A DNA stretch of 41,254 nt, from the NCBI GenBank assembly GCA_027491435.1, contig JAOZFG010000036.1:1-41254 (forward strand). Direction: 5' to 3'. Below are positions 17,451-26,972 of this stretch, piece after piece; position 1 is the stretch's first letter; each line of letters starts with the position of its first letter. The notes beneath the pieces were generated by a model. It worked only from the letters and a program-made list of their open reading frames with translations, was not told the origin of the DNA and searched no databases. Source of the stretch: Thermoproteota archaeon (GTDB lineage Archaea; Korarchaeota; Korarchaeia; Korarchaeales; Korarchaeaceae). The position numbers and the translations under genes are program-made.

Positions 17451-20400
17451 CTATTTACCTCCTTCCTGCCACCAGAGCGGGCAGTACCCGGGCGGGTCCA
17501 CCCCCACTGTGAAGGCCTCAGTCAAGTTGTAGTTTGAGGTCCCGCAGGCAGTAGAGGAGAGTTGGTACCTTATCACGACGGTGTCGGTAGGATCTCCTGC
17601 CGGCCCCAGTGAAATTAGCCACCAGACCACCTGTCCAGAGCTTCCGGACGCTGGAGGATTGGAGTTAATTAACTCGGTTCCGTAGGGAATCACGTCATAG
17701 ACCTTTATGTAAGCTGGAGAGTCCACCAAGTTCATTACGGTTATCGTGACGTTGTTGACGCAGGGGTCGTCCTCGTAAACCTCCTTCATGACCTTAACCC
17801 CGCTGACGTAAGTTATCACCTGGGCGTCAGGCCCGAACTCTGAGGTCCCATAGCCGTCTAGGGTTGTGGTCCCAGTTATCCAGCTCCCCACGGTTAACCC
17901 GCAGCAGGCCTCAAGCCAGCCTCCAAATTCGCCTTCCGAATCTACGGTTAATTCCCCCAGGTAGTAGACTCCCTCACCGTAGTAGCTGGAGCCCTGTTGA
18001 TTTCCTACCAGGTTATCGCCTCCAGAAGTCCCGTTCACCAGGTAAACGTGCACTTTACCCCCTGCGAAGTTCGAACTTCCGGCCCCTGAACCTTCGACGT
18101 TTACGTAACCCTTAACGTAGACGTGAGTCCCGTTGAAGGCCGCCTGAGTTATCACCGGGTAGTCCACGCCGCCGTTAGGCCCGTCGCTGAGTGAGCCGTC
18201 ATTTGGAGAGACCCCATCCCCGTTGGGGTTTGCCGTTGGTGCGGTCCCGGAGAGGTCCAGGTCTATTCCAAGCTCCGTGTTGTTGAATATGGCGTTCTTA
18301 AGCAAGGTGTTGTTGAGCGTCAGCTTATCGTCCATCCTGGCCACCACTATTCCGTTGGCGTTACCGCTTATCACGTTCCCTAGAACCAGGGAGTGGTTCC
18401 CGAACACCCTTATTCCGCCGTCCTCTCCCTGGTCTGCCACCACTCCGTTATCCGTCACGTTGCAGTACTTGATCACGAACCCGCCCTTGGAGTCCCAGGA
18501 GTCGAAGCCGTAGGCTGCGTTGTGGTGCAGGTAGGAGCAGTACACGGTTACCCCTTCAGCTTCTGTCTCCACCCCTATCCCGTCCTCCACCCCCACTAGT
18601 TGACCGTTGTAGGCCACCTCGCTCTGGTTGACGGTTCCCTTCGCGTAGGGAGTTGAGAAGTGTATGCCCGTCATCCCGTTGTACATCACCAGGGACTGGA
18701 CGACGCTCACGTTGAGCAGGGCTCCCCCTCCCACGTCCTTGACCTCAACCCCGTAGTCCTCATTCCTGAGCAGGGAGCTCCCCTGAGGATCGGAGCCGTC
18801 AGCCCTCGCCCCTATAAGGCAACCTATTATGGACACATTGGTGTAGCCTGAGGCAGGTGGCGTCCTGGAGAAACCAGAGGGGACGAAAATCCCGTCTCCG
18901 TGATCCCCGGAGAAGCCGTATATGGAAAGGTTCATTATCCAGACGTCTGAAGCCTCCACAGTTATTCCGTTGTCCACGCCGTTGCCGTAGATCTCAACTT
19001 CAGGCCCGCTAACTCCGGTAAGGTAGCACTCGTCTCCTGACCCCACGATCCCATCTTCGCCAGTTCCCAAGTGGCCTGATGAGCCCAGGGTAGCTGCGTT
19101 GGTGTCGGCTACGTTTTCCGTCTGTGTGCCCCCGTCGAGCACCGTTCCGTCGTCGACTATTGAAGGCAGCGGGCCCAAAGAGGAGTTCAAAGTTATGGTC
19201 CAGTAAGAGCCGGTGAACCCGGGATCAGAGGTTGGGATCCAGAACTGGGACCTGTCTGGCCCTGATAAAGCGTTAGCGTTCACTAAGAACTGCCTTAAGG
19301 TTCCCTGAGCGTACCTAGCGTCAGGGGAGTCGTCTGAGTCCCTAGCGTTTACGATCACCTCGAAGGAGAAGGCGAAGTCAATTCCAGATACTGAGGAGGT
19401 GGCCTCGACCTTGGAGACGTGCTCGTACCTGTTATCGGAAACCGCTAGCGAGGTGTTCCAGAAGTCGCTGACCTGGGGGTTCACCCCTCCCATCTTCTTG
19501 GAGCACGAGAGGGAGCCTGCGTAGTCACAGCCGTAGGTCTGATCTGCCCACACCTGATCCCATGTGTAGCTCGGGTTCAGTGGCCTGGAGCTCCTCACGT
19601 CCCTGGAGTTAACCACCACGAAGTAGGTTCCAGGCCCGGGAATACAGGCGCTGTAGCTCCCGTCCGCTAGGGTGACGGTTAAGCTGGTGAAGGTATCGCC
19701 GTCGTCCAGGAGGCCGTCGCCGTCGTCCTTATATACTCTTATCCCGACGCCCCCAGTTCCGGGTTCCCCGGCCTCCACTACCCCATCCCCATCTAAATCC
19801 TCGTAAATCTTTCCGGAGATTTGGAGGGGGGCCACTTCCTCGGCGCATACCCTGCTAACAGGCGGCGGGTCCACGTACTTAGCTATTGGATAGGCCCCCT
19901 CACTCTCTACAGCTACCCAGAAGACGTCCTCAGTCACGTGCCTAGTCCCCCCTTCATAATCACTGGATGAGTAGACTGAGTGGGTGTAATCCTCCTCCAC
20001 AGCTACCTGAAAGCCAGTAGTGCCCAAGTTCCTGTACCTAAGCTCAGAGTTGTGGCCGCCGTCGTAGCTGCCATACCCAAGTATTAGAATGGGAGCGTTG
20101 TTGAAGGTCTGCGTGAATGACGCTGTATACCAGCCATTGCCAATGCCCCTGACGGCGTCGTACGCTACACCTATCTCGTAGGGGACTGGAGATGGGTCAT
20201 TAGTGAACCTGGGCAACCTCCCTACCCTGGCTTGATCCAGAGCGTCCCTCTGGAAAGCTATCCAGGCCACGGTCTCTGGGGTGGACCTCTGGGCGGAGTT
20301 GTCGTACTCCTCCTCTAAGGCCAGTTGAAATATCCCGTCGTAATCCCTAAGGTAGCGCTCTCTCGTCTTGACGAACCTAGCCTGTTGGGAGATGTCGTTA

Positions 20401-23400
20401 GAAGTCATTGGCTGCGATATGACGATGGGATCGACGGGGTAATCGAGGCTCACCTGAAGGTTTACCCAGACGTTTGAAACCCGGGCCCCTACGGTAGCTG
20501 TGGTCTCGAACTTGTGGGCCTCAATCCTAGTCCCGTCCAAGAACTGGTAGGTGCCCTCGTTCAACACTATGACGCCGACCGTCTCAGATAGATGTACGTT
20601 GTCCCTGAGGCTAGGCTCTATCACCCTAACCTGCATTGATGTGGAGGTCACGTCCCTTATCCTGATAACGGCACTATGTCCCCCGTTATAGCTGAGGAAC
20701 TGGGCCACGATCACGGGGTTCTCATAGGATTTGTAGAAGGTCAGGGCGTCCCAGGTCCAGGTGCTCGGGTCGTTCCCGTCCTCACCCGTAGAGATTGTGT
20801 TGGTTGTGGTCACCTTCCTGAACTCTATGAAGTCCATGGTGGCGTCCATGTCGCTGACCGCTGAAGCCTCTGGGTTGCCGTAGTACATGAACACGGGCAC
20901 TTCCCACCTGGCGTAAAGCCTTGGGACCTTAACCCAGATTACGCTCTCGCCTGAGGTGTCCCATCTCTCAATCCAGTAGTTCAGCTCAACCAGGGAAGAG
21001 GAGGACCAGTCGTACCAGACAAAGCGCAGGTCATCGCCGTTGGCGCTCACCTTGGAGTAGTCGAACCAACTCGAGTCCAGAACCACCCTTATCTGATAAT
21101 CTGAGAGATCCCGCTCGCTGAACACGTTAACAAGTCTCCTGTACTGCCACGAGGAGTCCCACCATCCGGTGACTATGAGCCTGTGCCTCTCGTTGTTCTC
21201 GTCGTTCAAGTCGTTGTAGGGGTTAGAGGTGTCTGGATCTAACAGCCTCGCTGATATGTTGAAAGTCCCTACGACGTATATGGGCTCATCAAACGAGACT
21301 GTAACCTCCACGCTGTCCCCCGCTGGCACTGTAGTGTCCTGATAGCCCTCCCTGAAGCTAGTTTGGTTGTAAACCCTGACTAGAACTCTAACAACGTCTG
21401 AGTCCGTGTCTCCCCAGTTGGTTAAGTTCACCCTAACCTCGGAGATCGCCCCTCCACAGAGGAAGCTCCCGCAGGGCGAGGGCACTTCTATTCCAGTGAC
21501 GTCCACGTCAACCCCTGACGTGACGACCCTAAACGTCTGCACGTCGCTCACCACGTACCCGTTGTCGAAGTCAGGCGGCTGGCCGGCCCAGACCATAAGC
21601 CTGTAGATCCCGTACTGTTCAGCTGTCCAGTCGGCTGTGTAAACGGCGTAATCGGTGTATGAGGTTGAGTAGGTGAAGGTTAAGGTTGTCTGGTTGACCC
21701 AGTCGGCTCCGTTCCACCTCTGAACCACTCCGTACATGGTATTGCCGGCTCCCGACTCAAGGTACTGGCCTACGTCGCTCTGAACCTGGAAGGTGACCGT
21801 ATCCCCCTCGGAGTAAATGGACTCGGGGTAACCGGCGGCGGTGTCGGCTGGCTCAACTATGTTTATCCCGAAGCCCTGGGCCGTACCAACGGAGGCTGAG
21901 GTGATGAACCATTCGGCATCGTCCAACTTGATCCAAGTTTTGTACCAACTATCAGAGTAGTGCCTTATAGTTATTCTAACCTGGGCGTTGCTCCCAGCGT
22001 AATCACTGAGGTTTATTCTAACTAGCCTCCAACCCTCGTCAGAGTAATTCCCGTACCCCAAATAATTCTGATCCCTGCCGAACCCGTAGTAGTTGGTCTC
22101 AGGGTCAACCAGTATGTGCCCATCGTCGTTATCTACGTACTCGGGCCTCACGTTAGTTCCGTTCACGTACACCCTTACGTAGTCGTAGGCGTCATTCTGA
22201 GCCTTGGTGTCCCAACCCTGCAGGCAGAAGTAGAAGTCGAAGTAGCCGCCTGAGGCCGGGACGTAGACCACCCTCTCCACGTAAACTTCTTCATGGACTC
22301 CGGAAGACCCGTCCTCCGAGTTATCCCTGTAGCCCAGCAGGAAGTAATAGTTGCCCGTCCTAGGCGTGTTATCCACGTTGGCAGTTCCGTCGTTGGGGTC
22401 GCTTACGCTTACTGTGGTCCCCTCACCTGAAAGCGGATGAATCTCCCTGTTCTCCCCTCCACCAGTGTTGATGGAGCCTGAGGTCCACCCAGGCGGATTG
22501 ACGTCACCAGGAGAGGAGTGCTCAAAGTTCCCATTGATCACGTTGGTCCAAGCCGGCTTCGCCCCGTTCTCAACTATGTCAAAATAAATGAAGTAGGTGG
22601 CGACGTCGCTCTCGAGTATGAACTTAACTTCCCCCTTACCATCGTTTAACGCGTCCGTGGCCCCCTCGTATATTACATCGTTAAACTCTTGGTAAGTTAG
22701 CAGGTTGCCGTAGACGTCAACCACCCTGACTGAGTTCTCGTCGAAGTCCCCGGTCACGCCGAGGATTTCAAGTAAAGAGTTGAATTTGACGTCCACCTTG
22801 GCAGTCTTCCCCTTCTCAGGGGAGTTAACGGTCACCTCAACCCTGTAGTGCCAGTCGTAGCCAACGCCCACTCCGTCTGGATCCCACCACTTGGGGTCGG
22901 CCAGGCTTATCTCAACGGGGGCTGGGTCCGTGTATATTATCAGGAAGGGCCCCTCGAAGAAGGTTATAGTCCCGGGAGGGGCCTTAACCCTGACCACGGC
23001 CTTATCTTCGGGGACAGCGTAGACTATCCTTATCCACTCGCCACCTGCCTTCTTCGGTATAACCTTCACCGAGTTCCCCGAGTAGACGACCTCAGCAGGG
23101 AAGGAAGACCTCTCGCCCTCGGGGGCCTCTAAGACCTCCTTCACGTACCTCCCATCCCCTAGGCTTATCCAGCCTCTCTCCTTGGGTGGGTTGCTCGCCT
23201 CCCTCACTAAGAGCTTCCATGAGGAGCCTGAGAGGCTAACAGCTCCTATCTCCTTTGGCGGAGGTCTTTCAGGCACCTTTTTGTAAATTACAGTGACCTC
23301 CCCTCCGCCCACCACGTAGGCGACCACCTTATCCCCTAAGGACTTCCAGTGAACTAGGACCCCTCCCTTAACCTGAACGTCCTTTGGGACCCCCTTAACT

Positions 23401-25469
23401 GGAATTACAACCCTGGCGGCTCCCTCGTAATCCAAGGACGCAACCCCCACCCCGACCTTGGCCTTAACCTTTGCAGGGAGCTTCAAGTTGGGCAACCTAA
23501 CCTCCATGACCCTGCTGGCCTCCAAGACGCACCGCTTTAACCTAAGGCCGAACTCGCACAGGTTTACCTTCTGACCCGGGAAGATGAGCAGGTAGGAGTC
23601 TCCTGTTCTCACGTCTAGGAATTGACTGAACACTTTAACCCTCTTCTCCACTCCATCGGCCCTCACGACGACCTCATCGGTAAGGGGAACCATCACTTTC
23701 CCTTTACTGAGTCGGTAGGCCTTCCCCTTGACCAGCACCTCCGCCTCAGTCGGCCCCCTAACGGCCCACCAGGCCTTGACCATCACCTTGTCCCCGACCA
23801 AGGCGGCCACTACGTGTAACTCGTCGACGATGAAGGAGACGGATGCGCCCCCAGCAATTAGCCTGTACTTCCCAGGTTTAAGCCTCAGTTTGGCTATGGA
23901 TTCTCCGTCTCTCCTGTGGAAATTAACCTCCTTCTTTTCGGGCATCAGTACCCCCTTATCAACGGGAGGGGAGGCATGTATCACCACCTCTTCCTGAGCT
24001 AGGTAGACCTCCTTGTCGGTCCAAAGCTCGACCTCAGGCCTGGACACCTCGAAGGATACCTGAACCCCTACCTCCAGCCCCCTCTCGTCAATCACCCTGA
24101 GGCTGCCCCTGTACTTCCCAGGAGGCAGCTCTACGGACCCAACCCCAGATGTCAGGTTAAAGGCCCAAGCCTTCTCTCCAACCTTCAGCTCCGCTGACCC
24201 GTTAACCCCCTTCCCGGTCAGGTAGTCCTTCACCTCCACAGTCAACAGGGGGCCATTAACCCTGTAGCTCACGTTAAGGAAGGTCACCGTGAAGTTCTTC
24301 TCCTCCTTAACTCCGTAGCAGGCTCCAATTACCGTGTAATTCCCCAGTTCCACGGCCTCCTTCAAAGGAAGGCCGAACCTCCAGATCGAACCCTCTCGCT
24401 TAAGCCAGCCCTTTAGCTCCCTTCCGGAGGGAGTTCTAAAAGTTACGTTAGGCTCCCCGTGACACGTGAGCTTCCCCCTTACCTCATCTCCTGGCAGGTA
24501 ATACTTTGACTCCAGCGTTAGGTTCAGGTCGCCGGAGGCGTTGATGGTGAAGGAACCGCTGCCCTGAACCCCGTCCCTGTCCACAACCTCCACCACCGCG
24601 TCGTAACTTCCAGGCGTTAAATTCAGGTTTATGAGGGCCTCTCCAGTGAAGTTGAAGTTTAGCACCTCCCCGTTGACCTTTAAAACCCCCTTGCCCGAGA
24701 CGGGCTCCCCGGTCACGTAGTCCCTAACTCTAATAAGCAAGGAGGGGCCTTTCCGCTCCACGCTCACGTTTAGGGTTGTGTACCAAAATGGGAGGGCAGC
24801 TGACGTGTTCTCCAGGTACGCCTTAATCAAGTACTTCCCCAGAGGGATGGTTTTCAGCCTTACCTTCACCTTCCTCTCAGGCTTAAGCTCTATCGACCCT
24901 AAGGGGGTGAACAGCGTTACCTTCCTGGGTTTCTGGCTGAACTCGACGTCGAAGGATTCCCAGGGATTGAACCTCTCCTTAGGCAAGGTTATGTTGGGCC
25001 CCGCCTCCACCGAAACCTGCTTGCTCGACCTAAGCCCTAAGTATTCGGTAGACACAGTTAGGGTGTGATTTCCGGGCGTTAGGTTTAGTGGAATCCTCCC
25101 TGTGACCCCCTTGTAGAGAAGGGCTCCCCCCTCTAGCACCGTGACGTTGGCCTTGACCTCCCCCTTCGACGTCTCAACCCTGACGTGTAAGTCCCCATCC
25201 CAGCTGACGCTTAAGTTAAGGACCTCAACTGCGAACTCGTACTGAGTTCCGTTCACCACAAGCACGTAGCGGCCTGGCTTCAGGTTACCCAAGGTTACAG
25301 GACAACTCACGTTTAGGGCCTTTCCATCGATCAAAAGGGTTGCGCTGGTGCAATTGACTGGTAAAGTTGATCCAGGAGAAAACACGCCTAGGAATTTTGG
25401 AGGGGCTGAAACTACCGGGTGAGGCGTTAACAGGAGCGTTAGCAGCAGTAACAGGCCCCTCCTCCTCAA
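17451..25469 (-). CDS. Giant secreted surface protein (macroglobulin-like Ig repeats, DUF2341, CARDB, H-lectin-like repeats, SdrD_B-like, beta-helix, DUF11-like)
   Basis: 2672-aa ORF, AGGTGA RBS, signal peptide MRRRGLLLLL. Motifs: TDKEVY, WWDSSWQYRR..DLRF..LNYWIE..IWVKVP..YYGNP, ISGKIYEDLDGDG, GTLRQFLVNANA, N/G-rich beta-helix, TSEFG. Confidence 0.9.
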   Translation of the reverse strand: MRRRGLLLLLTLLLTPHPVVSAPPKFLGVFSPGSTLPVNCTSATLLIDGKALNVSCPVTLGNLKPGRYVLVVNGTQYEFAVEVLNLSVSWDGDLHVRVETSKGEVKANVTVLEGGALLYKGVTGRIPLNLTPGNHTLTVSTEYLGLRSSKQVSVEAGPNITLPKERFNPWESFDVEFSQKPRKVTLFTPLGSIELKPERKVKVRLKTIPLGKYLIKAYLENTSAALPFWYTTLNVSVERKGPSLLIRVRDYVTGEPVSGKGVLKVNGEVLNFNFTGEALINLNLTPGSYDAVVEVVDRDGVQGSGSFTINASGDLNLTLESKYYLPGDEVRGKLTCHGEPNVTFRTPSGRELKGWLKREGSIWRFGLPLKEAVELGNYTVIGACYGVKEEKNFTVTFLNVSYRVNGPLLTVEVKDYLTGKGVNGSAELKVGEKAWAFNLTSGVGSVELPPGKYRGSLRVIDERGLEVGVQVSFEVSRPEVELWTDKEVYLAQEEVVIHASPPVDKGVLMPEKKEVNFHRRDGESIAKLRLKPGKYRLIAGGASVSFIVDELHVVAALVGDKVMVKAWWAVRGPTEAEVLVKGKAYRLSKGKVMVPLTDEVVVRADGVEKRVKVFSQFLDVRTGDSYLLIFPGQKVNLCEFGLRLKRCVLEASRVMEVRLPNLKLPAKVKAKVGVGVASLDYEGAARVVIPVKGVPKDVQVKGGVLVHWKSLGDKVVAYVVGGGEVTVIYKKVPERPPPKEIGAVSLSGSSWKLLVREASNPPKERGWISLGDGRYVKEVLEAPEGERSSFPAEVVYSGNSVKVIPKKAGGEWIRIVYAVPEDKAVVRVKAPPGTITFFEGPFLIIYTDPAPVEISLADPKWWDPDGVGVGYDWHYRVEVTVNSPEKGKTAKVDVKFNSLLEILGVTGDFDENSVRVVDVYGNLLTYQEFNDVIYEGATDALNDGKGEVKFILESDVATYFIYFDIVENGAKPAWTNVINGNFEHSSPGDVNPPGWTSGSINTGGGENREIHPLSGEGTTVSVSDPNDGTANVDNTPRTGNYYFLLGYRDNSEDGSSGVHEEVYVERVVYVPASGGYFDFYFCLQGWDTKAQNDAYDYVRVYVNGTNVRPEYVDNDDGHILVDPETNYYGFGRDQNYLGYGNYSDEGWRLVRINLSDYAGSNAQVRITIRHYSDSWYKTWIKLDDAEWFITSASVGTAQGFGINIVEPADTAAGYPESIYSEGDTVTFQVQSDVGQYLESGAGNTMYGVVQRWNGADWVNQTTLTFTYSTSYTDYAVYTADWTAEQYGIYRLMVWAGQPPDFDNGYVVSDVQTFRVVTSGVDVDVTGIEVPSPCGSFLCGGAISEVRVNLTNWGDTDSDVVRVLVRVYNQTSFREGYQDTTVPAGDSVEVTVSFDEPIYVVGTFNISARLLDPDTSNPYNDLNDENNERHRLIVTGWWDSSWQYRRLVNVFSERDLSDYQIRVVLDSSWFDYSKVSANGDDLRFVWYDWSSSSLVELNYWIERWDTSGESVIWVKVPRLYARWEVPVFMYYGNPEASAVSDMDATMDFIEFRKVTTTNTISTGEDGNDPSTWTWDALTFYKSYENPVIVAQFLSYNGGHSAVIRIRDVTSTSMQVRVIEPSLRDNVHLSETVGVIVLNEGTYQFLDGTRIEAHKFETTATVGARVSNVWVNLQVSLDYPVDPIVISQPMTSNDISQQARFVKTRERYLRDYDGIFQLALEEEYDNSAQRSTPETVAWIAFQRDALDQARVGRLPRFTNDPSPVPYEIGVAYDAVRGIGNGWYTASFTQTFNNAPILILGYGSYDGGHNSELRYRNLGTTGFQVAVEEDYTHSVYSSSDYEGGTRHVTEDVFWVAVESEGAYPIAKYVDPPPVSRVCAEEVAPLQISGKIYEDLDGDGVVEAGEPGTGGVGIRVYKDDGDGLLDDGDTFTSLTVTLADGSYSACIPGPGTYFVVVNSRDVRSSRPLNPSYTWDQVWADQTYGCDYAGSLSCSKKMGGVNPQVSDFWNTSLAVSDNRYEHVSKVEATSSVSGIDFAFSFEVIVNARDSDDSPDARYAQGTLRQFLVNANALSGPDRSQFWIPTSDPGFTGSYWTITLNSSLGPLPSIVDDGTVLDGGTQTENVADTNAATLGSSGHLGTGEDGIVGSGDECYLTGVSGPEVEIYGNGVDNGITVEASDVWIMNLSIYGFSGDHGDGIFVPSGFSRTPPASGYTNVSIIGCLIGARADGSDPQGSSLLRNEDYGVEVKDVGGGALLNVSVVQSLVMYNGMTGIHFSTPYAKGTVNQSEVAYNGQLVGVEDGIGVETEAEGVTVYCSYLHHNAAYGFDSWDSKGGFVIKYCNVTDNGVVADQGEDGGIRVFGNHSLVLGNVISGNANGIVVARMDDKLTLNNTLLKNAIFNNTELGIDLDLSGTAPTANPNGDGVSPNDGSLSDGPNGGVDYPVITQAAFNGTHVYVKGYVNVEGSGAGSSNFAGGKVHVYLVNGTSGGDNLVGNQQGSSYYGEGVYYLGELTVDSEGEFGGWLEACCGLTVGSWITGTTTLDGYGTSEFGPDAQVITYVSGVKVMKEVYEDDPCVNNVTITVMNLVDSPAYIKVYDVIPYGTELINSNPPASGSSGQVVWWLISLGPAGDPTDTVVIRYQLSSTACGTSNYNLTEAFTVGVDPPGYCPLWWQEGGK

Positions 25470-25597
25470 ACTCTCACCTAACTTCCCGTTTAATTGTTAA
25501 ACATACTATTTACCTTATGTTCTCGTGATATTTGCAAGAAATGAACTTATAAGGCTTCTAAGACGAGGTCCAAACGCCCCACCTGAAATCGTTTCAC

Positions 25598-25966
25598 TTA
25601 CCCCCCTGCTGCCGAAATAAGCTCGGATTTCCTGGACCTTACCTCCTCCAGAGCCTCTTCTACAGTCTTCCTCCCCACTATTAAGGGGATTTTGCCTGCT
25701 TCCCTGACCCTCAGGTAGTTGGGACCCATCCTGCCGGCTACAAACACGTGAACGTCCTTGAGAAGTTCTGCCACCGCCTTAAATTTCTCCGGATCTCCGT
25801 GCTCCCTCTCCTCAACTAACTTAGCCCTATTTTTCCGCTTCTCCAGAAATGAGAGGGTTCCGTCTTCCTTTAGCTCATATATTAAGAAGAAATCTGAATC
25901 CCCAAAGTGTTCACCGTAAAGCTCTCCTCTTGAATTGACGCCCAAGGCCAGCCTCACGGACTTCAT
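25598..25966 (-). CDS. NifB/NifX-family (dinitrogenase FeMo-cofactor domain) protein
   Basis: HFGDSDFFLIY, LKDVHVFVAGRMGPN motifs; start MKSV at 25966. Confidence 0.85.
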   Translation of the reverse strand: MKSVRLALGVNSRGELYGEHFGDSDFFLIYELKEDGTLSFLEKRKNRAKLVEEREHGDPEKFKAVAELLKDVHVFVAGRMGPNYLRVREAGKIPLIVGRKTVEEALEEVRSRKSELISAAGG

Positions 25967-26141
25967 ATCATAACTAGGGCCTGGATCCTTTAATCCTTGA
26001 TGTAGCCATTTCCCGCTCGTCAAGACCCACGAAAACCAATTTTTCCATAAAAATTATGTATAAGTTATAAGGCTTGGAATTCCGGTAAATAATTTTAGTT
26101 AATATTCCCCAGATTCATGAATTTCTTCATTGTCGTCCCTC

Positions 26142-26470
26142 GATGCTGTCAACTTAAGGCTACCTCCGGCGCTTTGCTCATCAGCATGAGCGCTTTCGCC
26201 GTCAGGTTGATAGGTACTAGCTTCCTCTGGACGTGTGGCTGACGAAGTTTAGGGCATGAACCCGTGAAGCCTCCCTAGCCGTGTTGAGCAGGCAGTGCCT
26301 GCTGAATAGATTTAGAAACCTCTAAGCCTGTCTTAGTCTCTAGACTAACGTAACTCCTCTCGCCCCGCTCATCACGCGTTTAGTTAAGGAGGCTGCAGCA
26401 CGCCTGTATGCTCCATCCAGGAGAACCTCTTTACATGGACCAGGGGGCTTGTAACTTGTGTGAAGCCAAC
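26142..26470 (-). mobile_element. Decayed IS6-family element, right end
   Basis: GATGCTGTCAACTTAAGG at 26142-26159. Minus-strand fragments KP-LVHV (26450-26432), GERSYV (26364-26347) and DRLRGF (26332-26315) match the IS6 C-terminal half (KPxxxVD..GxRNxxE..LKxR). Confidence 0.65.
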
Positions 26471-26477
26471 TTCAAAC

Positions 26478-26721
26478 ATGATAAAGCTAAGATGGGCCCT
26501 CATGAGGGACGGCCTCAGCTTCAACGAGGCCGGCTACCATAGCTCCTAGGGGAACTCACCGAGACGCCGTGATCCTCAAGAGGAGTTTCGTCAGGGAAAT
26601 TTCAGAAGTTAGGTTTAAGGCAACTTCTCTCCTAATGACCACCACTGAGGCCTTGAGAAAAGGTATGGTAAACTTTAGAGAGCTAGAAGAGCTGAGTCAG
26701 GCCCTGGGGCAAGGAGTTTGA
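26478..26721 (+). pseudogene. Possible frameshifted PIN/DUF3368-type gene remnant
   Basis: Frames join as GLSFNEA/ATIA..DAVIL..VRE..EALRKGMVNFRELEEL, resembling the GExxAIALA and A..KG.I motifs of DUF3368-associated PIN proteins. Confidence 0.3.
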
Positions 26722-26774
26722 TTGAATCAGAAACGGAAGATTTCATGGGAAGGATTTAAAGGGCCTGGCAGGAG

Positions 26775-26972
26775 GTGGAAGACGTAAGGAGGGGAAGAAG
26801 GAGAAGGTATGCCGTGGCCGCCGCCTTCACGGCCACAGACGTATTTCTGCTCTTCATTGCCATAATGATGCTGTTAGAGAGGATATACCTACCTTTCATG
26901 ATCGTTTTCTGGACCTTCATACTGTTCACCTCCATGGAATCAGTCTTCTTCGGATATGGTTTTACGGGATAG
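26775..26972 (+). CDS. Small membrane protein (2 TM)
   Basis: 65 aa, basic N-terminus and two hydrophobic helices; TTTAAA box upstream. Overlaps the convergent gene by 33 nt. Confidence 0.55.
   Translation: MEDVRRGRRRRYAVAAAFTATDVFLLFIAIMMLLERIYLPFMIVFWTFILFTSMESVFFGYGFTG

Noticed and set aside
25598-25966. Nitrogen fixation implied by the NifX-like gene
   Set aside because: Stand-alone NifB/NifX-domain proteins are common in non-diazotrophic archaea; no nif genes are in the window.
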